The notes: generated by a model from the sequence alone, not told the origin. A stretch of 54,348 nt of DNA from Patescibacteria group bacterium (GCA_038062455.1 JBBTXE010000001.1:316371-370718); one strand, 5' to 3'. Counted from the first letter of the stretch, positions 45,013-54,326 are shown. Made by a program: numbers and translations.

Positions 45013-46371
45013 ATGAAAAAATTTATTATATATTGTAGAAAATCCACAGATGAGAAAGACAAGCAGGTTTTGTCGATCGAAGCCCAGATTACCGAACTTA
45101 CCGAATATGCCAAACGAGAACGACTCGAAATAGTTGAAGTCATCAACGAAGCCAAAACCGCCAAAGTCCCCGGCCGAGAAATATTTAACCAAGTCTTGTC
45201 CAAAATCGAATCAGGTCAGGCCAACGCCATTTTATCGTGGCATCCCGACCGATTGGCTCGTAATAGTATCGATGGTGGAAAAATTATCTACCTACTTGAT
45301 ACTGGCCATCTTGTCGACCTTAAATTTCCCTCTTTTTGGTTTGAAAATACACCACAAGGCAAATTTATGCTCTCGATAGCCTTTGGCCAGTCCAAATATT
45401 ATGTCGATAATTTATCCGAGAATGTTAAACGAGGCAATCGACAAAAAATCCGAAATGGCGTTTGGCCCAACAAAGCTCCCATTGGCTACGACAATGACAG
45501 GCTAACCAAAACTATCCACATCAATCCAGAAAAAGCTAAAGCTGTCAAAAAAGCCTTCGAAATGTTTATCGCTGGTCAAACATTTACCCAACTATCCCTA
45601 TTTATGGCCAAATACGGCATTACTCGAGGTAACGGTAAACCAAAGGCCATAAACCAAGTTCGCAGAATGTTGTGTAAAAAGTTTTACATCGGCATTCTTG
45701 ATTATGGCGGTGAGAAATCAAAAGGGATTCATAAATGTTTTATTGATCGAAAGCTTTTTGACAAGGCCCAAGAACGACTCGAATATTTAAATCATCCTCG
45801 ACCTCATGGCCATTATTTTGCTTTTTCTGGATTGATGAAATGTGGGGAGTGTGGTGCTTCGATAACTGCCGAGACAAAAACCAAACATTATCTTCGCACC
45901 AATCGCGACGCTACCTACACCTATTATCGCTGTACCAAAAAACTAAAACCTTGCTCCCAGCACTATATTAACGAGTCAAAGTTAGTTGACCAGGTGGCGC
46001 AGCAAGTTAGTCTCGCCTCACTCCCCACATCGTGGGTAAAACAATGGCAGCAATGGCTAGAACGAGACAGAGTAGCCGAGGAGCAATCTGGGCAACAAAA
46101 CCTGTTGTCTTTGGACAATGATATTCAAACAATTGATCTGAAAATGGGCAAACTACTTGACGCTTACCTTGACGACACCATTGAAGAAAGCATTTACAAG
46201 AACAAAAAGAATCAATTGTTTGAAGAAAAATTAAAAATGGAAGAGAAAAAAGCCAAAACAGAGGGTTGCGGTTCGAGTTGGCTCGAACCTTTTTCTGAAT
46301 TTATTATTGGCGCACAGAATGCGCCAAATCGCGCGCGCAAAAAAGAAAATTCCGCGAAGGCGGAATTATAG
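45013..46371 (+). CDS. Large serine recombinase, C-terminus probably disrupted
   Basis: YCRKS (catalytic Ser), DRLARN, recombinase domain (APIGY), Zn ribbon CGECG...YYRC...PC, coiled coil. Confidence 0.88.
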   Translation: MKKFIIYCRKSTDEKDKQVLSIEAQITELTEYAKRERLEIVEVINEAKTAKVPGREIFNQVLSKIESGQANAILSWHPDRLARNSIDGGKIIYLLDTGHLVDLKFPSFWFENTPQGKFMLSIAFGQSKYYVDNLSENVKRGNRQKIRNGVWPNKAPIGYDNDRLTKTIHINPEKAKAVKKAFEMFIAGQTFTQLSLFMAKYGITRGNGKPKAINQVRRMLCKKFYIGILDYGGEKSKGIHKCFIDRKLFDKAQERLEYLNHPRPHGHYFAFSGLMKCGECGASITAETKTKHYLRTNRDATYTYYRCTKKLKPCSQHYINESKLVDQVAQQVSLASLPTSWVKQWQQWLERDRVAEEQSGQQNLLSLDNDIQTIDLKMGKLLDAYLDDTIEESIYKNKKNQLFEEKLKMEEKKAKTEGCGSSWLEPFSEFIIGAQNAPNRARKKENSAKAEL

Positions 46372-46571
46372 ATAACGCGAACAGCTAGGCCCACCGGTGC
46401 GGGCGGCGGGCCGACGCTGTGAGCTCAATATTTAAAAGTTATTTTTAAAAAACGTTCGAATTTCGTTATAACAGCTCACCAAAAAGGAAATCGAGTCGGA
46501 AGTGGGGGCAGCGCTGGCTGCGCCCCCCTCCGCAGACAGCGCTGCCCCTTCCACTTTTGCGATTTCCAAAA

Positions 46572-46680
46572 TGGTGAACGTTTTTGAACAAATTCGAACG
46601 CATTTCAAAGATTCGTGCTAGCTCGCCTCGCCCTGCTCGGCTCGCACTCCAGCGCGGCGCCCCCACCCGACGCGCCTCCG
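46572..46680 (+). repeat. 109-bp inverted repeat, left arm
   Basis: Reverse complement of 47654-47762 with 2 mismatches by manual comparison. Confidence 0.92.
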
Positions 46681-46907
46681 AAAAAGTCGGCTCGAACATT
46701 CCGCTGAAAGCGGAACAAAGAAAAACGCAAAAATTTTAAAGAGCTTTTATCAACTTAAATGGCGCAACCGGTGGTATCAGCAAGAATTGCGTCTCACTGT
46801 CCGATTGCGCCATTAAAAAAAGCAATTTCAATAATAACTGAGTCCAATATAACTATACTAAAAATGAACAAAAAAAGAAAGAATTTAATACTTGATTTCT
46901 AAAAAAG

Positions 46908-46916
46908 TGATATAAT
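46908..46916 (+). promoter_or_regulatory. Extended -10 promoter (TGATATAAT) for the cargo gene
   Basis: Ends 9 nt before ATG 46926. Confidence 0.6.
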
Positions 46917-46925
46917 AAACTCTAT

Positions 46926-47585
46926 ATGGAATCATTTCTTTTTGTTTTGGGAGCCTTATTCGTTGTAACGTTCGTAATACTGTATTTTTGGAGCGTTGTT
47001 TGGAGCTATAAGGATGCTTCAATTAGAGGTAAGAACGGTTTCGCGGTAGCGACTTTGGTTGCGCTGTTCGCATGGCCATTTGGTTTATTGTTTTGGACCA
47101 TCATTCGTCCTGAAAATGTTAAGCTAAAAGATAGCCCCTCGGCTATTAAAAAAAATACCCAACCTAACAAGTACATATCTGATTTTAAAGAAATGCCTTT
47201 TTTGTTAAAAATCCTTTTTCTAATTAGTGTATATTCATTCGTCACCACACTATTGAATTTTATTCAGATGAAACCTGTTGTCTTTGAGTATTTTAATACA
47301 GGATTTCCAAAAAACTTTCCTCTAATCTGGTATTCATACTACCTACTATTTAACATTTTTACGATAATAGTATATTTCAAACGATCTTATTCCGTTTTGA
47401 AAAAATATCTGTATGTAACTCTAGGCGTTTTAGTCGTTGCTTTACTTAACTCAATTTACTTCGTAATTAATCTTCCTGTAGAACAAAGATTTGCTACCAC
47501 CTTAGTGTATCTATTTACCTATATCTTTGGTGGTTTAATCTTCATATACCAACTCAAGCAAAAGAAGTATTTTAATCAAGCTTAA
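46926..47585 (+). CDS. Hypothetical polytopic membrane protein (cargo between the inverted repeats)
   Basis: About 6 hydrophobic segments; N-terminal W.YKDA..RG..G motif; own promoter and a 3' hairpin at 47612-47630. Confidence 0.75.
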   Translation: MESFLFVLGALFVVTFVILYFWSVVWSYKDASIRGKNGFAVATLVALFAWPFGLLFWTIIRPENVKLKDSPSAIKKNTQPNKYISDFKEMPFLLKILFLISVYSFVTTLLNFIQMKPVVFEYFNTGFPKNFPLIWYSYYLLFNIFTIIVYFKRSYSVLKKYLYVTLGVLVVALLNSIYFVINLPVEQRFATTLVYLFTYIFGGLIFIYQLKQKKYFNQA

Positions 47586-47653
47586 ATCTTTTTTGGACTT
47601 ATATTATTTCATTGTTTGCTTCGCAAACAAAAATCGCGCGCGCAAAAAATGAG

Positions 47654-47762
47654 CGGAGGCGCGGCGGGTGGGGGCGCCGCGCTGGAGTGCGAGCCGAGCA
47701 GGGCGAAGCGAGCTAGCACGAATCTTTGAAATGCGTTCGAATTTGTTCAAAAACGTTCACCA
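47654..47762 (-). repeat. 109-bp inverted repeat, right arm
   Basis: Reverse complement of 46572-46680. Confidence 0.92.
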
Positions 47763-47788
47763 ACTATATCCATCTGCGGTATCATTAA

Positions 47789-49570
47789 TTGATGGCAAAC
47801 GATTCTAAGTCCCTAAAAACCATTTTTAAAAACACCGCCTGGTGCCTTAGGTTAATCTATCGGAGCAATAAGGTATTATTCACTGGCGTTTTTATTTTCG
47901 GCATCTTTGTTTCCGTCGTCCCCTTTTTCCAAAACCGAGTTTTTTCCCAACTCATCGATAGTTTAGTTTATGGCCAAACTTACTGGATAACCACCTTCTT
48001 TTTGTTTATTGGTATCATGGCCCTAAACTCAACCTTTTTTTATCTTCAAAGTCAGCTAAACCGGGTTCTCGATATCCAACTTCAAGCCCATCTCCGCAAA
48101 CTATTCATCGGCAAAGTCACCACTCTTGACTATCAACACCTAGAAGGTAAGGACACTAGTAATTTAATCTCCAAAGTGGACGAAGAATTTGGCTGGCGAA
48201 TCCGCCAGACCCTTTCCGACGCCAACAGCATCTTTACCAGTCTTCTAAGCCTTCTGACTGTTTCTATAATTCTTCTACCGAAATTCCCCTTTCTTTGGTT
48301 AATTATTTTTTTAAGTCAAGTTCCTCAATACTTTTTTCAAAAACATTGGGTCCAAAAAGACTGGCAAATCCATGAGAAAAACAGCGATAAAACCAAATTA
48401 ATGTGGGATCTTAACTATCAGCTTCGCCAAAAGTTCTACATTTCTGAACTAAGAATTAACAACGCTATTAAATATCTATTCAAAAAATTTTCTGATAACT
48501 TTGATTTTTTTGCCATTTCCCGAACTACCCTTCGGATCCAACAAACCCCCACCGAATTCGGCCTGATCACCTTTTCCACCTTAATTAACGCCTTTTGTCT
48601 CTATACTCTAATTTCCAGCACCCATTCAGGTCTAATCACCATTGGCCTCTTCACCTTTTACTTCCAATCAATTACCCAAACCGGCAATTTCTTCCGGGGC
48701 CTTGTTTTTAGCTCTGTCAGTGTTACTGAAAATAGTTATCATATCGGCAACTTTAAAAAAGTACTTAATTTAAAAAATTTAATTAAAAGCGGATCCAAAC
48801 TTGTTCCTCGTCCCCACCCCCCCAAAATTGAATTTATTAACGTTAGTTTTAAATATCCCAATTCCAGCCACTATGTCTATCGCCACCTCAATCTAACCAT
48901 CAACCCTCAAGAGGAAATTGCCATTGTCGGTCAAAATGGGGCCGGTAAAAGTACTCTTATCAAACTCTTGTGTCATTTTTATGAACCCAGCTCCGGAAAA
49001 ATCCTTATCAATGGCATCGATTTAAGACAATTAAAACTCGAAAACTGGTATCACCAACTTTCCTTTTTGGCTCAAGAATTTAACAGTTTCTACAACTTAA
49101 CCCTCCGCGAAAATATATTTTTGGGCCGGCCCCAAAAAATCAACAATCAAAAAATTATGGCAGCCTTAAAACAAGCCGATGCCACCTTTATCAAAAGATA
49201 CCCCCGGAACTTAGATACTCCCATGAGCCAGCGTTATGGCGGCGAAGAACCCTCCTGGGGACAAGCCCAAAAAATTGCCATCGCCCGGGTTTTTTATCGT
49301 AATAGCCCAATAATTGTCTTAGATGAACCCACTGCTTCTATCGACGCTATTTCTGAAAGTAAAATTTTTAGCCGGCTTTATAAAACTATTAAAAACAAAA
49401 CCTTAATTATCGTCTCTCACCGTTTTTCAACTGTCAGAAACGCCCAACGGATTATCGTTATCAATCATGGTCAAATCATTGAACAGGGGACTCATCGGCA
49501 ACTTCTAGCCCTCAAAGGTCTCTACGCCCGCTCTTTTCATCTCCAAGCCAAAGGTTATACTCAAGAATAA
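47789..49570 (+). CDS. ABC exporter (fused TMD-NBD)
   Basis: TM domain, Walker A GQNGAGKST, Q-loop LAQE, variant signature PSWGQ, Walker B IIVLDEPT, H-loop VSHR. Confidence 0.92.
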   Translation: MMANDSKSLKTIFKNTAWCLRLIYRSNKVLFTGVFIFGIFVSVVPFFQNRVFSQLIDSLVYGQTYWITTFFLFIGIMALNSTFFYLQSQLNRVLDIQLQAHLRKLFIGKVTTLDYQHLEGKDTSNLISKVDEEFGWRIRQTLSDANSIFTSLLSLLTVSIILLPKFPFLWLIIFLSQVPQYFFQKHWVQKDWQIHEKNSDKTKLMWDLNYQLRQKFYISELRINNAIKYLFKKFSDNFDFFAISRTTLRIQQTPTEFGLITFSTLINAFCLYTLISSTHSGLITIGLFTFYFQSITQTGNFFRGLVFSSVSVTENSYHIGNFKKVLNLKNLIKSGSKLVPRPHPPKIEFINVSFKYPNSSHYVYRHLNLTINPQEEIAIVGQNGAGKSTLIKLLCHFYEPSSGKILINGIDLRQLKLENWYHQLSFLAQEFNSFYNLTLRENIFLGRPQKINNQKIMAALKQADATFIKRYPRNLDTPMSQRYGGEEPSWGQAQKIAIARVFYRNSPIIVLDEPTASIDAISESKIFSRLYKTIKNKTLIIVSHRFSTVRNAQRIIVINHGQIIEQGTHRQLLALKGLYARSFHLQAKGYTQE

Positions 49571-50559
49571 TGCCAAATACTTTTCAAAGTTCAATTCCTA
49601 ATAAAATTCAACAATATCTTTCAGACCAACTCCAAAGTCTGAAAAAATCTTCCAATATTAACCCTGGTTCCCAAGATCTTTCCTCTTTCATTTATCAAGC
49701 CCTAACTACTACTAAGTATCGCCGCCACTCCATTTCCCTTGAATATCAGACCCACATAAAAAACGTTATTGGTTTCTCAATAAAAAACAATCGACCTATC
49801 CCTTTAGTTTGGGTCTTTGGTTGTTACAAACTTTGGCGACTTCCAGAATCGCCTTATGTCGATTGGGCTGAGCTTTTCTTTTTAATCCATAAGGTCAATT
49901 GGCTTAGGCCTGTCCTGGAGGTATATAAACCCGGAATTTGGTTTGATTTTTTTGCCGACGGCATTGTTGTCCCACTACTAAATCATATTCCCGAATCAGA
50001 TATGGATACCTATCAAGAGAGTTTTAAAGACTTGCTGACAATTTTTGAAAAATATATACCCAAAAATTTAAAATTCACCCTACACACTCTCGAAAAACTT
50101 TATAGTTCAAAAAAAGATTTTCAAAAAGAATTTAAGACAAATTACGATATTGTTGTCCAACAAGATAAAACAAATCCTTTTATTTTATCTGACCAGCAGA
50201 AATCAGTTATCAAAATGAACGTCAAATCAGACAAAGAACTAAGTGAGGCCAAATTACATCAATCCCAATTAATTTTCGAAGCCTTTGTTTTAAGCTCTAA
50301 ACGCCGGCCATATTATCGAACCCCTGATAAAATTTTTTTGGACAGTTTTCCCATAAAAAATTGCCTTCCCATTGGCACCACCCGAACCTCCTCTGTCAGG
50401 TTTTGGGTAGGCAAGGGGGTGTTAGAAAAACACCAAGACTCATTTATAGAAACCATTCTATCTGTCAATCAAGTCCAAAACTCCCGATTCTCAAGTTGCT
50501 CTGTTAATCTCCCTGATTTTGACAACCCAAATTATAAATCGATCAGTATTTTAAAATAA
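49570..50559 (+). CDS. Divergent PvcA/Dit1 (isonitrile synthase)-like protein
   Basis: PIPLVWVFGCYK...VDWAE...VYKPG...FADG...MDTYQ parallels PvcA PIxFVLPAFPxK...PDMAE...FYAPG...CSDG...AYQ. Start overlaps the ABC stop. Confidence 0.5.
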   Translation: MPNTFQSSIPNKIQQYLSDQLQSLKKSSNINPGSQDLSSFIYQALTTTKYRRHSISLEYQTHIKNVIGFSIKNNRPIPLVWVFGCYKLWRLPESPYVDWAELFFLIHKVNWLRPVLEVYKPGIWFDFFADGIVVPLLNHIPESDMDTYQESFKDLLTIFEKYIPKNLKFTLHTLEKLYSSKKDFQKEFKTNYDIVVQQDKTNPFILSDQQKSVIKMNVKSDKELSEAKLHQSQLIFEAFVLSSKRRPYYRTPDKIFLDSFPIKNCLPIGTTRTSSVRFWVGKGVLEKHQDSFIETILSVNQVQNSRFSSCSVNLPDFDNPNYKSISILK

Positions 50560-51179
50560 TGCTTTACATTTTTCATGGCGATGATCTATACCACAGCCGG
50601 GAAGCCCACCAAAATTTTCTTGATCAATTTAAAGACAAAGAAATTCTGCGCCAGGAATACAAAGACTTTGATTTTGAATTACTAAACCTTTTTGTCAACT
50701 CTCCCTCCCTTTTCCAAAACACGCGGATTCTCGCCCTCTACTCTCCCTTTTCTCTTCTAAAAAACCAATTAGAAACGCTGTCTTCCCTTATAAAAGAAAA
50801 TCAGTACACTGACACCGTTATCTGGCAGGACCGGCCTCTTCGTCAAAACGAAGTTTCTTTTTTTGGCCCAGCCAAGCTTCAAAAGTTTCCCTTAGACAAA
50901 CAGCTTTTTTTCTGTCTGAATTCCCTAAAACCTCGAAATCACCGTCTCTTTACCCAAATATTTTTAAAAGTCATCAAACAGGAACCATTTGAACTGGTCT
51001 TTTTTTGGTTTAAAAACCGTCTCCGCCAAAATTTGTCATCTTTTTCCCCTTTTCCGCCAGAAAAGCTCAAATCAAGCTATCTAGCCCTGATTGACCTTGA
51101 TTATCAAATTAAAACCGGCGCTCTTTCGGAGCCCAAAGAAAACGCCCTCCTCAATCTCCTTTTTAATCTAATGTCTTAG
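50559..51179 (+). CDS. holA: DNA polymerase III delta subunit-like
   Basis: MLYIFHGDD, SPSLF, C-terminal LIDLDYQIKTG. Confidence 0.7.
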   Translation: MLYIFHGDDLYHSREAHQNFLDQFKDKEILRQEYKDFDFELLNLFVNSPSLFQNTRILALYSPFSLLKNQLETLSSLIKENQYTDTVIWQDRPLRQNEVSFFGPAKLQKFPLDKQLFFCLNSLKPRNHRLFTQIFLKVIKQEPFELVFFWFKNRLRQNLSSFSPFPPEKLKSSYLALIDLDYQIKTGALSEPKENALLNLLFNLMS

Positions 51180-51211
51180 TATCGCCTCTTTTTTTCTGGT
51201 ATCATTTTTTA

Positions 51212-51613
51212 ATGTCCCCAAAAATTATCAAACCCTGGGGGTTTGAAATTCTGACTACTCCAAAAGATCTCCCTTATTCCGGCAAAATTTCTTTTACTCA
51301 AGCCGGCCATCGTTGGTCACTCCAATATCACGACCAAAAAATTGAAACTCTGGTTCTCCTTTCCGGCCAAGCCAATCTAAGCCTCGGTCCAGACCCCAAT
51401 TCTCTCGTCACCCTCCCCATGGAAATAAATCAAGAATACACCATTAAACCCCCAACTATCCACCGTTTTCAAGCAATTACCAATTGTGTCACTGTTGAAT
51501 TTTCCACTCCGGAAACCGGTACCACCATCCGCCTGGAAGACGACGATTCCCGTCCCAATGAAACAGACGCCACCAGATTATTACCCAACCGTGGTTGGCA
51601 ACCGCCAAAATAA
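51212..51613 (+). CDS. Cupin (mannose-6-phosphate isomerase C-terminal-like)
   Basis: KPWGFE, WSLQYHDQKIET, IKPPTIHR, VEFSTPE. Confidence 0.75.
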   Translation: MSPKIIKPWGFEILTTPKDLPYSGKISFTQAGHRWSLQYHDQKIETLVLLSGQANLSLGPDPNSLVTLPMEINQEYTIKPPTIHRFQAITNCVTVEFSTPETGTTIRLEDDDSRPNETDATRLLPNRGWQPPK

Positions 51614-51614
51614 T

Positions 51615-53918
51615 ATGAAAACCCCTGCCCTTATTTGGTTTAAAGATATTAAATTCGCAGATGTCGCTGTTGTCGGCGGCAAAGGTGCTAATTTAGGAGA
51701 AATGTATAGTCTCGGTATCCCCGTCCCCAACGGTTTTGTCGTCACCGCCAAAACCTACTTTGACTTTATCGACACTAATAGTCTAAAACCTCAAATAAAA
51801 AACATTTTAGACTCGGCTAATGTTGACCATCCCGACGAATTACTGACTGCCTCCAAAAAAATCAAAACCATTATCAAAAAAGCCCCGATTCTCGATAGTG
51901 TCGCCATTGAAATTATGACTGCCTACAAAAAGTTGGGGGGCTTTGGCGGTCTGAAAGATTTACCGGTGGCGGTCAGATCATCGGCTACCGCCGAAGACAG
52001 TGCCGATGCCTCTTTTGCCGGCCAACAGGAAACCTTTCTCAATGTTATCGGCGAAACTAATGTCCTAAATCGGGTTCGTGATTGCTGGGCCTCGCTTTTT
52101 ACCCCCCGGTCAATTTTTTACCGGGTCAAAAAAAATTTTGATCACTTCAAAGTTGGTGTAGCCGTTCCGGTTCAAAAAATGGTTCAAAGTGACATTTCCG
52201 GAATTATGTTCACTGTCAATCCGGTCTCCAACACCAAAAATGAAATTGTGATTGAAACCGTCTGGGGTCTTGGTGAATATATAGTTCAGGGAATTATCAC
52301 CCCTGACCAACACATTATCAACAAATCAACCTGGGAAATCCAATCCAAAAATTCGACTTTTCAGGACCGGCAGTTAGTCAAATCCGAAAACGAAACCCAC
52401 GAAGCCAAAGTTCCTAAATACAAACAAAATAAATTCAAAATCGATGATCGGACCGCCGTTAAGATAGCTAAGATTGGCCAAAAACTCCATAACCACTACG
52501 GCAAAGCCCAGGACATTGAATTTGCCATCGAAAAGGGTAAATTATTTATTGTTCAAACCCGACCCATTACTACCTTAAACAATGTCAATCTCGCTAACAC
52601 TGTCATCCCCGCGGACGCGGGGACCCCATTCTTAATTGGAGAGGCTGCCAGCCCCGGATTTGCCTCAGGACCGGTAATCCTTATTGATAGTCCCAAAGAA
52701 ATTAACCGTGTAGTTTCCGGCCAAATTATGGTCATCAGCATGACCACCCCCGATTTTGTTCCCGCCATGAAAAAAGTTTCCGGAATAATTACCGACAAAG
52801 GCGGCCAAACCTCTCACGCCGCCATCGTTTCCCGGGAATTAGGAGTTCCCTGTGTTGTCGGCACTAAAACCGCTACCAAAGAATTAAAGGAAGGGGATAT
52901 CGTCACTCTAGACGGTGCCAGTGGCCGAATTTGGAAAGGAGATCTAACCGAAAGTAACCCTCAAATTCCCAAAGATCTAGAGCTCCATAGCTCTAAAGCT
53001 CTACTAAAAACTGCCACTAAGCTTTATGTTAATTTAGGTGAACCGGAACTGGCCAAAGATATCAGTAAAAAAAATGTTGACGGGGTCGGGCTTCTGCGGG
53101 CTGAATTCATGATGGCCAACATCGGCATCCACCCCAAGCGGATGATCTCTGAAGGTAGAGAAAAAGAATATATTGAAACTCTGGCTAAGGGGATTCTCGA
53201 ATTTTGCAAAAATTTTAATCCCCGGCCGGTTCTTTATCGAACTACTGACTTTAAAACTAATGAATACCGCTTTCTCCGCTACGGTAAACTCTACGAACCG
53301 GAAGAACCCAATCCTCTTTTAGGTTTTCGCGGCGCTATCCGCTATATTAATTCCCCTGAAGTCTTTCAAATGGAACTGGAGGCCGTCAAGGTAGTCCGAA
53401 ACCGCTTTAGTCTAAAAAATCTCTGGCTGATGATTCCTTTTTGCCGTACTCCCGGGGAACTTTTCGAAGTTAAAAAAATAATCGCCGCCGCCGGACTGCT
53501 CCGCAGCCCCAGTTTCAAACTTTTCATGATGGCCGAAATCCCCAGCAATGTCATTCTTCTTGATAAATTTATTGACGTCGGCATCGACGGTATTTCTATT
53601 GGCAGCAACGATTTAACTATGTTGACTCTGGGTCTTGACCGCGACAATTCTGAAGTCGCCAAAGGTTTCAGTGAAATGGATCCGGCCATACTTTGGAGCT
53701 TAAAAAGATTAATTACTAAAGCCAAAAAACGGGGCATTTTAGTCTCTATCTGCGGCCAGGCGCCAAGTAATTATCCTGAACTCGTCGAAAAATTAGTTAA
53801 GTGGGGAGTTAGTAGTATCTCCGTTTCCCCTGATGCGATTGACCGCACCCGCGAAATTATCTCCTGGGCCGAAAAAAGAAAAATTCTATCCCCGCGAAAG
53901 CGGGGATCCACACTCTGA
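51615..53918 (+). CDS. ppsA: Phosphoenolpyruvate synthase (pyruvate, water dikinase)
   Basis: VGGKGANLGEM, VAVRSSATAED, QDIEFA, VQTRPIT, GGQTSHAAIVSRELG (phospho-His), GVGLLRAEF, SIGSNDLT. Start ATG 51615. Confidence 0.95.
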   Translation: MKTPALIWFKDIKFADVAVVGGKGANLGEMYSLGIPVPNGFVVTAKTYFDFIDTNSLKPQIKNILDSANVDHPDELLTASKKIKTIIKKAPILDSVAIEIMTAYKKLGGFGGLKDLPVAVRSSATAEDSADASFAGQQETFLNVIGETNVLNRVRDCWASLFTPRSIFYRVKKNFDHFKVGVAVPVQKMVQSDISGIMFTVNPVSNTKNEIVIETVWGLGEYIVQGIITPDQHIINKSTWEIQSKNSTFQDRQLVKSENETHEAKVPKYKQNKFKIDDRTAVKIAKIGQKLHNHYGKAQDIEFAIEKGKLFIVQTRPITTLNNVNLANTVIPADAGTPFLIGEAASPGFASGPVILIDSPKEINRVVSGQIMVISMTTPDFVPAMKKVSGIITDKGGQTSHAAIVSRELGVPCVVGTKTATKELKEGDIVTLDGASGRIWKGDLTESNPQIPKDLELHSSKALLKTATKLYVNLGEPELAKDISKKNVDGVGLLRAEFMMANIGIHPKRMISEGREKEYIETLAKGILEFCKNFNPRPVLYRTTDFKTNEYRFLRYGKLYEPEEPNPLLGFRGAIRYINSPEVFQMELEAVKVVRNRFSLKNLWLMIPFCRTPGELFEVKKIIAAAGLLRSPSFKLFMMAEIPSNVILLDKFIDVGIDGISIGSNDLTMLTLGLDRDNSEVAKGFSEMDPAILWSLKRLITKAKKRGILVSICGQAPSNYPELVEKLVKWGVSSISVSPDAIDRTREIISWAEKRKILSPRKRGSTL
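52602..52628. repeat. REP-like palindrome, in frame inside ppsA
   Basis: GTCA-TCCCCGC-GGAC-GCGGGGA-CCCCA, encoding VIPADAGTP. Confidence 0.75.
53888..53910. repeat. REP-like palindrome forming the ppsA C-terminus
   Basis: ATCCCCGC-GAAA-GCGGGGAT-CCA, encoding SPRKRGS. Confidence 0.8.
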
Positions 53919-53951
53919 AATTTGCACCACTACCTGTTAGCAACGAGCTTC

Positions 53952-53997
53952 GTCATTCCCGCGAAAACGGATGTCACCCTCGCGTATGCGGGGGCCT
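53952..53997. repeat. Two degenerate REP-like copies
   Basis: GTCATTCCCGCGAAAACGG and GTCACCCTCGCGTATGCGGGGGCCT. Confidence 0.75.
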
Positions 53998-54001
53998 ATA
54001 T

Positions 54002-54292
54002 CTACATCAATATTTTTTCATACAAATCATTCCAATCTTTATTTTGCTTCTCAATCAACTCAATTTTCCAAATTCTTCTCCATTTTTTCAATTGTTTTTC
54101 TCTTTTAATTGCTTGATTTATATTGTTATGTTCTTCAAAGTAAACCAACCCATGAACACCATACTCTTTTGTAAATCCATCGATAATTTCATTTCTATGT
54201 TCAAATACTCTTCTTTTTAGGTCAGATGTCACTCCAATATACAATGTCCCATTTTTTCTACTTGCCATCATATATACAAAACAATTTTTCAT
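54002..54292 (-). CDS. Stand-alone GIY-YIG nuclease (REP-flanked type)
   Basis: FVYMMASRKNGTLYIGVTSDLKRRVFEH...GFTKEYGV..LVYFE...AIKREKQLKKWRR.WKIELIE..N..WNDLY. Confidence 0.93.
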   Translation of the reverse strand: MKNCFVYMMASRKNGTLYIGVTSDLKRRVFEHRNEIIDGFTKEYGVHGLVYFEEHNNINQAIKREKQLKKWRRIWKIELIEKQNKDWNDLYEKILM

Positions 54293-54326
54293 TATTTAAA
54301 AATTAGCATACTTTAGCAACACGCCT

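Noticed and set aside
46466-46699. 77-aa minus-strand ORF
   Set aside because: It lies over the GC-rich inverted repeat and hairpins, and its Arg/Gly/Ala-rich translation is typical of a spurious repeat-derived ORF.
1440-54116. Numerous antisense or frame-shifted ORFs nested in long genes (e.g. 5450-5944, 19030-19353, 40693-41226, 53366-53737, 53922-54116)
   Set aside because: They are shadow ORFs of well-supported genes or repeats, with no recognisable motifs or start context.
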